DNA of 32,000 bases from an uncultured Alphaproteobacteria bacterium (GTDB taxonomy: Bacteria > Pseudomonadota > Alphaproteobacteria > Rs-D84): assembly GCA_963931495.1 (NCBI GenBank), contig OZ007020.1, positions 840,001 through 872,000 on the forward strand, written 5' to 3'. A program made the translations under genes and the position numbers. Below, piece by piece: positions 15,664-24,346 of the stretch. Numbering within the stretch: position 1 is the stretch's first letter; each line of letters opens with the position of its first letter. The notes below the pieces were generated by a model. That model saw nothing but the letters and a program-made list of their open reading frames with translations. It had not been told where the DNA came from and did not search any database.

Positions 15664-16836
15664 TTACAGCGTTTCTAACCATGGTATATTCTTTTGAACG
15701 ACTGGTGTAACATTGTTCTGTTCTTGCCCAGTTTGAGGTGTATAAGCTACCATCTCATTTTCTGTTCCAGGTTTCTTATAATATATACCATTATAATTTT
15801 TTATAAACAACGATTTTTCCAAGTTATTTCCATAGCGTATACCATCTGCTGATCTAGAAGGGTATAAACTATGTTCAGAATTAGGCAACGACGCAAAACC
15901 GCCCCAACCGTTGTATGTAGTTACTGCAATTTGATTTACAGCAACCTGTTGGCCACTAGCTCTGTATCCTATAACGCCAGCATAACTTAAATCTGCCGGC
16001 TGAGAATTTATAGATGTACCAGTCCCTGTAATAGGCGCACACCTACATCTTCCAACAGGATTTGCACGATTTGACTGTTGAGATATCATTGCTGCATAAG
16101 GCACCGGTTTGTCATAAAGAGAAGCAGAGCCATTGCCAAGCTTATTAAGCTTAACACCTGCAGAAATAAGCCCTTCATACAATGGCTGATCAGAATCAAC
16201 TACATTGTTATGTCCCATATAAAAACGACGTGTCTTGTAGTTGCCTGAAATATAATATCCTGCCCCATTATATTTATAGGCGCTGGTACCAGTTGAGTCA
16301 CGAGGTGCCGTCCACTTTACGCCGTCAACAACACTTCTGTAAACAATTGGAGAATCTTGTGACACACCTGTTTTCCAATTTGTTGGTCCCATAACACCAT
16401 GATATACCGGATATATAAACGCAAACTTACATGACGAACTCTCATCAACAAGTTGTGTTTCACTCGTAATATCTACTGGCATATGGTAAAATTTATTTCC
16501 ATTACATACACCAAATCTTGTATCTGTGTCAAAATCTCCGAATATACACATTCTATTTCTTGTGTTATTACCAGAAGGCAAACTACTACCAAACGGGGTA
16601 TCTAACGAAACAACCAAGTTCAATTCTGTACCAGTAAATTTATAAACATAAACATTTGTGGTAGTAACTATAAAGAAGGTGTCGTTATAAAGCTCAAGCC
16701 CCACAAAATTACCGACTGTTATATTCGTTGTAAACGAAAAAGGACCCGCCCATGTCAAATCTGTTCCATCAAAATACGCCACATCTAATGAGGGGACAGA
16801 GGTATTGAAATACATTAACCCATATACTGCATTCAT
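15664..16836 (-). CDS. Hypothetical beta-rich protein without signal peptide (N/G/Y/T-rich; lectin- or receptor-binding-protein-like composition)
   Basis: Start moved to ATG 16836, which follows AAGGAG. 390 aa with no recognisable motif. Directly upstream of SLP4 and SLP3 on the same strand. Confidence 0.6.
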   Translation of the reverse strand: MNAVYGLMYFNTSVPSLDVAYFDGTDLTWAGPFSFTTNITVGNFVGLELYNDTFFIVTTTNVYVYKFTGTELNLVVSLDTPFGSSLPSGNNTRNRMCIFGDFDTDTRFGVCNGNKFYHMPVDITSETQLVDESSSCKFAFIYPVYHGVMGPTNWKTGVSQDSPIVYRSVVDGVKWTAPRDSTGTSAYKYNGAGYYISGNYKTRRFYMGHNNVVDSDQPLYEGLISAGVKLNKLGNGSASLYDKPVPYAAMISQQSNRANPVGRCRCAPITGTGTSINSQPADLSYAGVIGYRASGQQVAVNQIAVTTYNGWGGFASLPNSEHSLYPSRSADGIRYGNNLEKSLFIKNYNGIYYKKPGTENEMVAYTPQTGQEQNNVTPVVQKNIPWLETL

Positions 16837-16980
16837 AATTTTCTCCTTTGTTTCAATTATCCTTGCCACCTATCCGAATGTATAGCACAAAAAACTATAT
16901 AAAAAAAACTTTTATGTGACCAAAATACAGAAAAACAACTTGCTTGTAGCTATGTTTAATGTTAGACTTACTTAAGTATT

Positions 16981-17844
16981 ATGACTATAAAAAAAGCAAT
17001 TTCCTTTTCCGTACTATTTTTTACTATTTCAACTAGTAATTTGATGGCGTCTTGGCAAGATTTAAACACCCCAGACTCTTTGAAATTTATATTAAATCTT
17101 CGTGGTGGTGGAACTCTTGGAAAAGCAAAATTTCAGAACGATTTAGGCAATATATATATCCCCTATTCAACCTCTCAAGAGGATACTATAAATATAGGAA
17201 CTTTAGAAATCCAAGAGAATTTTTTTGAAAAATCGCTTGTAGGCAATATTGCTTTAGGTTTTTCTTTTCCGTATTTTCCGCAAATAAGAGTCGTTGCCGA
17301 TTGGCTACACATATCTAGTACATCTTATGAAATATCCCCCTTGTTCAATGGCCCCACAAATACAACAGATGGAGAACAAATCGCAATAGGAATGTCAGAC
17401 GCAGATTTTTCCACTGATACTTTTTCTGCATTTGTATATCTTGATGTTTTTAGTGGCAACTTAAGACAAAAAAACTCCTTTATTCCTTATTTGGGTGTTG
17501 GTATAGGGGTTGCCTCTTCTGATACTTTTTTGACTTTGATTGATAAGGATGGTTTTTTATTTTCTAGCGAGGAACTTGCGCCTTTTTATGAAAAAAACGA
17601 GTTTTATCCGTCACAAAACACATCAACAAATATTACAGGTAGTGTAGAATTGGGTTTTGCGTATCGTATTACACAGCATGCATACATTGATTTTGGTACT
17701 AGGTTGACATATATTCCTGGGATCAGTTGGGCTTTAAACAATCGACTTAGTGAGCTAGCTACAACAGAAGAAAAGAAAGATGTATACAACACAAGAAATA
17801 TGTTATACACATCTGTTTTACTTGGAATACGTTTAGAGTTTTAA
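16981..17844 (+). CDS. Outer-membrane beta-barrel protein (OMP_b-brl / Opa-like class)
   Basis: Signal peptide MTIKKAISFSVLFFTISTSNLMA, alternating hydrophobic beta-strand pattern, C-terminal LLGIRLEF with terminal Phe. Confidence 0.7.
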   Translation: MTIKKAISFSVLFFTISTSNLMASWQDLNTPDSLKFILNLRGGGTLGKAKFQNDLGNIYIPYSTSQEDTINIGTLEIQENFFEKSLVGNIALGFSFPYFPQIRVVADWLHISSTSYEISPLFNGPTNTTDGEQIAIGMSDADFSTDTFSAFVYLDVFSGNLRQKNSFIPYLGVGIGVASSDTFLTLIDKDGFLFSSEELAPFYEKNEFYPSQNTSTNITGSVELGFAYRITQHAYIDFGTRLTYIPGISWALNNRLSELATTEEKKDVYNTRNMLYTSVLLGIRLEF

Positions 17845-18005
17845 TTTACTCTTGTGCTCTTTATATTTCGTAATATAAATAGAACGAAAAATATTATCTC
17901 ATACAAGAAAGTTTTTTTATAGTTTCTTTAAAATAAACTTCATAAAAACAATGATCCGGCATCAAATGATGACAGATCATTGTGGGTATTACATATTTTT
18001 TCAAA

Positions 18006-18242
18006 TTATCTAATACAAATTGTATCATAAACAATATTATTTGAATCTATTTGTTTTATCGTTTCTGGTGTATCGTTGTCATAATCTGCATAGACAGGTC
18101 TATATAACAAGCAATAATCACTTACGCTTATATTTCTTGTGCAACCTGTCACGCACAGCAGGATCAGTATCAAGGCTATTCCTAGCACGATTACCGCTTT
18201 CCATGTTCGCCAAAATCTTATTAGTTTGATGTGTTTTTTCAT
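18006..18242 (-). CDS. o-spanin (Rz1/LysC-like outer-membrane lipoprotein), overlapping the i-spanin gene in another frame
   Basis: Lipobox LLCVTGC after a hydrophobic leader. Starts inside and extends past the 3' end of the preceding gene, as in overlapped spanin pairs. Confidence 0.6.
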   Translation of the reverse strand: MKKHIKLIRFWRTWKAVIVLGIALILILLCVTGCTRNISVSDYCLLYRPVYADYDNDTPETIKQIDSNNIVYDTICIR

Positions 18243-18333
18243 TTTCTTTTCCTTTCTTTATTCCAAAAAAATAAGCCAATGCAATTGCACCAGCTATAAT
18301 GTAGCCCCAAAATTGTTTTATGTATTTTAGCAT
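18118..18333 (-). CDS. i-spanin candidate (Rz/LysB-like, unusually short)
   Basis: N-terminal TM helix GYIIAGAIALAYFFGI and a charged C-terminal part. The ATG overlaps the endolysin stop (AGATGCTAA). Confidence 0.5.
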   Translation of the reverse strand: MLKYIKQFWGYIIAGAIALAYFFGIKKGKENEKTHQTNKILANMESGNRARNSLDTDPAVRDRLHKKYKRK

Positions 18334-18731
18334 CTTAACCCCTCGATTATTTCTTTATCTGTGTACGGCTGTTTCCCGTTTTCGTGTTTTATGATGGATT
18401 TTACTAGTGCAAGCAACACTTTTTCATCTGCTAGATTCAATTTTGACGTTGCATTAAAACCTGTCTGCTGACATATGCTGCGAATGTATGCATTCGTATC
18501 ATTTTCACATGGAGGAGCCCATCGTTTAACTATTCCTGCAACTGTATTTATCCCATACTTTGTATTATATACTTTTATTATTCTTGCCAGCGCACGTATT
18601 CCATACTTTGGCTCTGTAAAAACGCAAAACTCACCGTCACTTGGGGGTAGTGCTAACCCAACCCAACCTATTGCATTATAGCGTATATTACCTGGGTTGT
18701 TGTTTCTTATTCCTCTTGGTTCATGTTTCAT
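18327..18731 (-). CDS. Putative endolysin / peptidoglycan hydrolase of a non-canonical family
   Basis: Sits between holin-like and spanin genes. The GIRNNNPGNIR motif is one I recall from phage lytic 'P5-like' proteins. No TM segment. Confidence 0.55.
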   Translation of the reverse strand: MKHEPRGIRNNNPGNIRYNAIGWVGLALPPSDGEFCVFTEPKYGIRALARIIKVYNTKYGINTVAGIVKRWAPPCENDTNAYIRSICQQTGFNATSKLNLADEKVLLALVKSIIKHENGKQPYTDKEIIEGLRC

Positions 18732-18939
18732 TTTTTCCTCGTTTTCTACTAAATATGTTGATTATGTTTTCGCCAAATGCTGCTGCAACAAATACCCCCA
18801 CTAATTCAATATCGTAGTTTAAAAAGGCTAAAACTATTGCAGTAATACCAAACAAAGCACAAGCATATCTTCTTGCTAGCGGATTTCCATTCTGATCTGA
18901 AAACATCCTGCCCAAATATGTAAAAAATTTTCGCATCAA
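18721..18939 (-). CDS. Holin-like small membrane protein (two TM segments)
   Basis: 72 aa with TM1 ACALFGITAIVLAFL and TM2 LVGVFVAAAFG, and a charged C-terminus. Lies immediately upstream of the endolysin. Confidence 0.45.
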   Translation of the reverse strand: MMRKFFTYLGRMFSDQNGNPLARRYACALFGITAIVLAFLNYDIELVGVFVAAAFGENIINIFSRKRGKNET

Positions 18940-19181
18940 TTTACCCCCTTTATCAATATCTTCACATCGCCTTTTATCTCGTACAACGACTCTTTAATTA
19001 TTTTTAAATCCGACTCTAAGGTATCAGTTCTTTGCTCCAACTGTTCTAACCTAGTATTAACTGATGAGTGGTGAGATTCTGCCCTAATTACAAAACCTAT
19101 CAATGCCACTATTACTCCGTATAAGATCCGACCATCTATCCGCATCTTAAACCCCTCTCGTTCCTGCTGATGTTTAACCAT
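18936..19181 (-). CDS. Small membrane protein with coiled-coil tail (second holin, antiholin or lysis regulator candidate)
   Basis: One TM helix (ILYGVIVALIGFVI) then LEQLEQRTDTLESDLKIIKE. An alternative start at Met13 is possible. Confidence 0.35.
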   Translation of the reverse strand: MVKHQQEREGFKMRIDGRILYGVIVALIGFVIRAESHHSSVNTRLEQLEQRTDTLESDLKIIKESLYEIKGDVKILIKGVN

Positions 19182-19184
19182 TGA

Positions 19185-20168
19185 CTACTCCCTTGGTTTA
19201 GTTGCCTCTATACTTGTCTTATAACCCGAAGAATTCAGTACGTGCATAGCTGCTTTAACAATCCAGGTCCCTAGTATTTCTTCGGCTCCAGTCTGAATAT
19301 CGAGCACGCTTTCCGCTGACAACAACGGGTTTCCTGGCATATCTATATTTAAGGTATATATACCTGTACGCATATTTGCCAACTTGGCATTTGCCCTACT
19401 CTTTGCTTGAATTTCGCTATTAAATGTTTCTCGAAAAGTGTATGTCGGGCTTTGATTACCAATCGTAACCTCTTTTTCTTCCCCGGCATCGAAATCATAA
19501 TATTTGGCAACCACTCTGCCATACTTATTGCGCTCGGTTATTCGTAATGAATAATCAGACAATTCAACAACTTGTATTGCAGGCAGCGGAGTACCATCTG
19601 GAAATTGGCCTGTATAGGGGTCAATAAACAATAATTTTCCACCGGATATTTTTACTGACCCGCCATATTCTGTTGCTAAACGCTGAATGAAAGCACAATC
19701 ACTTTCACACGTTTGGTCTATATGGTCTATAAATATGCCTTTATATGCGCTTGATAGCTCCGCTTGCATACCATATGCATTTGCTAATGCACTAACTATT
19801 GATGATAAATTTTGATTTTCCCAAGATTTGCTTTTAGGGCTTCTAAAACTTCCTAAATCATGCAACATCGAATTTGATGCTCTAGCGGTTATAGTCAAAG
19901 TTTCTGGCGGTGCGTTGAGCTCTATTTCATCAACTACAAACTGCCCCATTGAATATATATCACTATCATATCCTAATGAAATCTGTAAATTTGCGCCACA
20001 AGAAGGAATCTCAAAAACAGAATCTCTGTTATCTAATTTTATCGTAAGTGTATCAGATACAAGTCCTATTTCATCACTGATACTTAGTGACAATAACCTT
20101 GACTGTAATAAATCTGTTACGTCTTTATTATCGGCTATGATTGAAAAGTTAGGTTTCATTATTGCCAA
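19185..20168 (-). CDS. Phage late control gene D-like tail protein (gpD)
   Basis: 327 aa at the end of the U-X-D block. N-terminus KPNFSIIADNKDVTDLLQSRLLSLSISDEIGLVSDTLTIKLDN is typical of gpD. Confidence 0.85.
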   Translation of the reverse strand: MAIMKPNFSIIADNKDVTDLLQSRLLSLSISDEIGLVSDTLTIKLDNRDSVFEIPSCGANLQISLGYDSDIYSMGQFVVDEIELNAPPETLTITARASNSMLHDLGSFRSPKSKSWENQNLSSIVSALANAYGMQAELSSAYKGIFIDHIDQTCESDCAFIQRLATEYGGSVKISGGKLLFIDPYTGQFPDGTPLPAIQVVELSDYSLRITERNKYGRVVAKYYDFDAGEEKEVTIGNQSPTYTFRETFNSEIQAKSRANAKLANMRTGIYTLNIDMPGNPLLSAESVLDIQTGAEEILGTWIVKAAMHVLNSSGYKTSIEATKPRE

Positions 20169-20365
20169 ATTTTAATTTTCTGTTTTTGATTTTTTTCTGG
20201 AATTATCGGTAAAGTTATTTGTACTCCGGCCGGCAATACCGCATCATAGTGTCTTAAATGTCGATTTTGTTCTAAAACCTGTTCCAACACACCACTAGTT
20301 TTTCCATAATGTCGCCAAACTATATAATCTAACGTATCGCCATCAACTGTTACATATACCGTCAT
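20159..20365 (-). CDS. Tail protein X (gpX, LysM-like)
   Basis: 68 aa. VDGDTLDYIVWRHYG...VLEQVLEQN..L....LPAGVQITLP matches the gpX pattern. Confidence 0.8.
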   Translation of the reverse strand: MTVYVTVDGDTLDYIVWRHYGKTSGVLEQVLEQNRHLRHYDAVLPAGVQITLPIIPEKNQKQKIKIWQ

Positions 20366-20862
20366 AACGCACCTGCTACTTGTTGAACAATACCTAATAA
20401 CCCCTGTTGTTGTTCTTCACCATATCGTTTAAGAGCTAATGTGAAGGACACCTTGCGTGCTGTGCCATCCTTTAGGAAAGTTGTTTGAACTTCATTTATA
20501 GAGGTTATGCACCAACGCCCGAAAGCTGTTCCATTTCCGCTTATAAGCATTAAAGGAAGCCCTAAACCGGCTTCAGCACGCATCAGGCTAACTTGACGTA
20601 TTCCACCCTTGAACTGCGGATATATTTCGCCTTGCAACGTAATACTGTCCATACCCGGTCCGACAAATTGCATTGCTGGCGTAGTACCAAGCCTTTGTTG
20701 TTCTTGCCAGTTATATTCCGTGTTGCGAGCTAACAAGTTATACGCTGCATTGGAAATACAGAATCTGTATACCCCCAATATCATCATCATGTTGATATTA
20801 AGGGCAGAATTCAGATTTATTTTTCCACCTACACTTTGTAATACATCGCCTACACTTGACAT
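20362..20862 (-). CDS. Tail protein U (gpU-like)
   Basis: 166 aa. YNWQEQQRLGTTPAMQFVGPGMDSITLQGEIYPQFKGG is characteristic of P2 gpU, and the gene sits just before X and D. Confidence 0.8.
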   Translation of the reverse strand: MSSVGDVLQSVGGKINLNSALNINMMMILGVYRFCISNAAYNLLARNTEYNWQEQQRLGTTPAMQFVGPGMDSITLQGEIYPQFKGGIRQVSLMRAEAGLGLPLMLISGNGTAFGRWCITSINEVQTTFLKDGTARKVSFTLALKRYGEEQQQGLLGIVQQVAGAL

Positions 20863-20914
20863 TTCTTATTCTCATTCCTATATGAGTAAAACTTAATTTA
20901 AAAAGAGGTCTATC

Positions 20915-21187
20915 ATGAATTTTGTTTTAATCATAAATTTAACGACAGAAACAGCAGAGTTTTTAAACAGCATAAAATCTAACGGTCTGTGGTTAAAAAT
21001 TGAAGGTCAAGCAGAAGAATGTCGCGAATTAAATAAATGCGCCGATCATCATAGTAAAATTTATTACAGGGCTTTTTATTTTAACAAAATTGAGCCCAAT
21101 ACACCGATAAAAGTCATGCTGGGCGAAACTTTAAAAGCCGAGTTAAAAGTTCCTGAAACAGACGATGTTAGCGTCATTATTATCTAA
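20915..21187 (+). CDS. Antisense-oriented moron, hypothetical 90-aa protein
   Basis: The only plus-strand ORF in the tail module. AGAGG RBS 6 nt before the ATG. Fills the otherwise unexplained 321-bp gap between tape measure and gpU, and its stop overlaps the tape-measure stop. Confidence 0.5.
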   Translation: MNFVLIINLTTETAEFLNSIKSNGLWLKIEGQAEECRELNKCADHHSKIYYRAFYFNKIEPNTPIKVMLGETLKAELKVPETDDVSVIII

Positions 21188-23445
21188 TCATAATTCACGC
21201 TACGTTGTTTTCGGTTGCTGTCCGCTTCTCGCTTATCTAGCTCTGATTTAACAGCAACCGCTACATCTTCTGCTGACATTCCTGGTGCTGCATTTATTGT
21301 GATTGGTGCAGATATTTCTACGTTAGAACTATTGTTATTTGCAGGTATCTTACTATGCGGCAATTGAGTTGCTGGTTGCCCCTGCAAAATGTTCTCAACA
21401 GACACAGTATCACCAACCTTTGACATCTGTCCAAGATTGTTTGCACTCTCTGTTTCATTAGAACCAAACGCCCAATTCCATGCGCTACCCACCCAAGAGT
21501 TCTTGACCCATTCTTTAATACCTCCAAAGATTTCTCTGGCTTTATTCCATAAATTCGAAATCCAATTCCACACACGTTTGAAAACTTCTACAACAGGCTC
21601 AAACAAACGCTTAAAGAATGCTGATATCGGTTTCCAATATCTAATAATCAATGCCGCACCTATAGCAATTGCTGTTATTATCAATCCTATTGGGTTAGCA
21701 ATAAAAGCGGTACCAACCGCCTTGATTATAGGTATTAAACCGACTAGACCAAGCCTAACAAATGAGAATATTGTACGAGCTTGTGTAAAAACGCTTATAA
21801 TGCTTAAAACACCACCTTTAAGAAAGGTGAAACCGTACCCCAACGCAAATGTTGCCAATTTAGCAGATGTCAATCCTGCTACCGCTAAACCAATGTATTT
21901 AACCAAAGTAGGATGCTTTTCCGCAAACTCTGCTAAACTATGTGCTGCTTGACCAAATATTCCTACAACAGAATTTATTGCAGGTAATAGTGTTGAGCCG
22001 ATATTTGTTGCTAAAACAGCCATCTGGTTTTTCAACAATTGAATATTATTTTCAGTTGTTGCCGAACGTGCCGCAAACTCCCGTTGCATACTACCCGTAT
22101 ATTCAGTTTCATCTGCAACTAATTGAAAGTTTGTTTTCAACATATCCAAACTTTCAACCAACGAGTTTACATGTCTGGTTGCCTCCTCGCCAAACATATC
22201 TTTCATGATTTGAGAGCGTTTGATTCCTTGAACCCTTGTCAAAGCTTCAAGCACTGTCATCAAAGCCTCTTTCCCGTTACCACTTTCAATCAGTTTGGTA
22301 TAATCTTTCATAGATATCCCCAACTGATCAAATGCTTCACGTGCCGCCCCCGATGATACAGGAATTAGCTTTAAACGGCTTGTCATCATATTTATCGCGG
22401 TACCAGCTATTTCTGGACTTTTCCCCATGGCAATAAAAGCCCCAGCCAATGCAGACAATTCGTTATACGCCAAACCAAACGACTTGCCCATTGCGCCAGC
22501 ACGTAGATCTACTTCTACAATTTCTGGAGCCGTTGCCGCTATGTTATTTGACAAATGGTTTATCACGTCCCCCACAAGCCCCATTTGCTCAATCGGCATC
22601 TGCAAAACATTAGAAAGTTTCGCCATTGATTGCCCTGCCTCATCAGCTGAAAAATCAAAGGCAACAGACATTTGTGATGCAGTCTTTGCAAAATCTGCAA
22701 GTTTTTCTTTAGGGACCCCCAACTGCCCCCCAGCTGCAACAATTTGTGCCAACCCATCAAGAGACAGCGGAATTGTCTTTGATAGTTCTTTAATATCCGA
22801 CCCCATCTGCCGAATTTCTTCAGGGCTATCAAAATCTACCACTTTTTTTACATCTGCCATAGCAGATTCAAAAGCCACAGCAGGTTTAACGAGTCCGTAC
22901 AAACTTGTTCCCAGCGCAACCACATCCACTATTTGGCTACGATATGCAGCACGTTTTGCTAGGTTGGCTTGACGCTTGTTTTCAATATTAGAAAGAGACG
23001 TATATCTTGCCTTTAACACATCTATCGCATTCCCAAGCTGGTTTTGTTCTTTTCCCAACTGCTTGGTATTTATTCCTGCTTGTTTCAAAGTACTTGATAA
23101 TTCAGCAAGGCTATTACGATTTTGTGTATATGCGGTCTTAGCTAATAAGGCGTCTTTCTTTGCATTTCGAAATTCATTATTAAGTTGCTTAGATGGTCTT
23201 TCCGTAGCTTTAATTTGCTGTGCAAGTTTAGCAACCTGCTGTTCAGCATTCTTCCACGTTTGGTAAGAAGTCAATGTTTCATTACGCAACTGCTTAAATG
23301 CGGATATATTTTCACTTCTCTTATTCAAACCCTTTATTGCACTACCTAATGTAGATAATTGCTTTTCTGCGGTTCCAAACGCTCCTTTGAACGTTCCTCC
23401 AAGCTCTGCACCAATGATTACCGATACTGCCGTTTGAACACCCAT
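21184..23445 (-). CDS. Tail tape measure protein
   Basis: 753 aa, long helical and coiled regions plus a hydrophobic central segment. Located right after the E/E' chaperone. Confidence 0.9.
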   Translation of the reverse strand: MGVQTAVSVIIGAELGGTFKGAFGTAEKQLSTLGSAIKGLNKRSENISAFKQLRNETLTSYQTWKNAEQQVAKLAQQIKATERPSKQLNNEFRNAKKDALLAKTAYTQNRNSLAELSSTLKQAGINTKQLGKEQNQLGNAIDVLKARYTSLSNIENKRQANLAKRAAYRSQIVDVVALGTSLYGLVKPAVAFESAMADVKKVVDFDSPEEIRQMGSDIKELSKTIPLSLDGLAQIVAAGGQLGVPKEKLADFAKTASQMSVAFDFSADEAGQSMAKLSNVLQMPIEQMGLVGDVINHLSNNIAATAPEIVEVDLRAGAMGKSFGLAYNELSALAGAFIAMGKSPEIAGTAINMMTSRLKLIPVSSGAAREAFDQLGISMKDYTKLIESGNGKEALMTVLEALTRVQGIKRSQIMKDMFGEEATRHVNSLVESLDMLKTNFQLVADETEYTGSMQREFAARSATTENNIQLLKNQMAVLATNIGSTLLPAINSVVGIFGQAAHSLAEFAEKHPTLVKYIGLAVAGLTSAKLATFALGYGFTFLKGGVLSIISVFTQARTIFSFVRLGLVGLIPIIKAVGTAFIANPIGLIITAIAIGAALIIRYWKPISAFFKRLFEPVVEVFKRVWNWISNLWNKAREIFGGIKEWVKNSWVGSAWNWAFGSNETESANNLGQMSKVGDTVSVENILQGQPATQLPHSKIPANNNSSNVEISAPITINAAPGMSAEDVAVAVKSELDKREADSNRKQRSVNYD

Positions 23446-23446
23446 A

Positions 23447-23826
23447 TCAACCTACCATTTCTTTCTGCACCATAACCGCCGTTTGGTGCCAGTTATAAAA
23501 ATCTTCTTCATCTAATTCTAATATTTCATGCAACGACCAGTGGGTTATGATCGATAACACTACTATTTCTCTATGGATATCACCTGCGAGTCGAAAAAAC
23601 CGATGTATACCTTTTGTAGTTTCGTATAATCTGTTTCATCAAGTTCCTCAAGAACAGCAGGTGCTACATTACATAAGTTTGCAAATAAATGTATTTCTTT
23701 ATTCTCATCTGATGTTTTCATGCTAGATACTGCTAAACGATCTTTGACTTTGCTACGCCGCATTTCTATTTCTTTATATTCCACCCCGTCCACAGTAACT
23801 GGGTATTTTAATTGTATTTTTTCCAT
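23447..23826 (-). CDS. gpE+E'-like -1 frameshift product of the tail assembly chaperone
   Basis: After GGT TTT TTC, the -1 frame reads RLAGDIHREIVVLSIITHWSLHEILELDEEDFYNWHQTAVMVQKEMVG* with no stop. It ends at TGA 23447-23449, 1 nt before the tape-measure ATG. Confidence 0.7.
23563..23826 (-). CDS. Tail assembly chaperone gpE-like (zero-frame product)
   Basis: 87 aa between the tube and tape measure genes. Contains the slippery site near its 3' end. Confidence 0.75.
   Translation of the reverse strand: MEKIQLKYPVTVDGVEYKEIEMRRSKVKDRLAVSSMKTSDENKEIHLFANLCNVAPAVLEELDETDYTKLQKVYIGFFDSQVISIEK
23593..23599 (-). promoter_or_regulatory. Slippery heptamer T_TTT_TTC for programmed -1 ribosomal frameshifting
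   Basis: X_XXY_YYZ pattern in the correct zero frame (codon GGT starts at 23601, and (23826-23601) is divisible by 3). Confidence 0.7.
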
Positions 23827-23837
23827 AGTTTTTTTCC

Positions 23838-24335
23838 TTATAATCCTATCGCCTCACGAACAGCTGCCAATTGGTCTGTACCATCTATAACTCTGGTCAT
23901 ATTGTCTACGTCTATTTCAATGAGTCTGTTACCGCCTATATCCAAACTATAATACCGGCATGCTACAGTACATTGCAGAGTCGATTTGTCACCTGCCTTG
24001 AACTTCCCCATATCAACTTCAGTAAACATGCCTCTTAAACCGATTACCATAGGTGTTGTTGAAGTTTCATCAACCAGCGCACCACGTAATGTCAATTGCA
24101 CACTATTTCCTGAAACTAAACCAAATTGTTTTAATAGTTCTGGGTCATATTCAATCAAAACAAATTGACATTCCAGTTTTTCCATTCCCAAATCAACAGA
24201 AATGGGGGCATCCATGCCCCCTGCTCTTATTTCTTCTGTCTTGATTGTAAGTTTTGGTGGTGTAACTTCCTCAGCACGACCAGCATAACCACGTCCGTCA
24301 ACAAATAAGTTAAAGTTTTTTAATATTTTGCTCAT
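23838..24335 (-). CDS. Major tail tube protein (P2 FII-like)
   Basis: N-terminus LKNFNLFVDGRGYAGRAEEVTPPKLTIKTEE is typical of FII tube proteins. Follows the sheath gene. Confidence 0.9.
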   Translation of the reverse strand: MSKILKNFNLFVDGRGYAGRAEEVTPPKLTIKTEEIRAGGMDAPISVDLGMEKLECQFVLIEYDPELLKQFGLVSGNSVQLTLRGALVDETSTTPMVIGLRGMFTEVDMGKFKAGDKSTLQCTVACRYYSLDIGGNRLIEIDVDNMTRVIDGTDQLAAVREAIGL

Positions 24336-24346
24336 CTGGTTACCTC

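Noticed and set aside
9697-16869. N-terminal extensions given by the ORF track (9697..10728, 11211..11831, 11877..13163, 13247..14539, 15664..16869, and also 26960..28126)
   Set aside because: Internal starts are preceded by strong Shine-Dalgarno sequences. They also place lipoprotein signal peptides at the true N-terminus, or abut the upstream stop codon. The extensions lack such support.
17949-17982. Hairpin CAATGATC-18 nt-GATCATTG as the prophage attachment site
   Set aside because: No second copy is available in the window and no tRNA or integrase lies nearby, so the junction cannot be established from one end.
21389-22972. Long plus-strand ORFs (187 and 181 aa) inside the tape-measure gene, and similar antisense ORFs in the track (210..512, 1185..1544, 1992..2363, 6769..7152, 9899..10240, 29762..30175, 31328..31684)
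   Set aside because: They are shadow ORFs fully embedded in strongly supported genes on the other strand, with low-complexity translations and no start signals.
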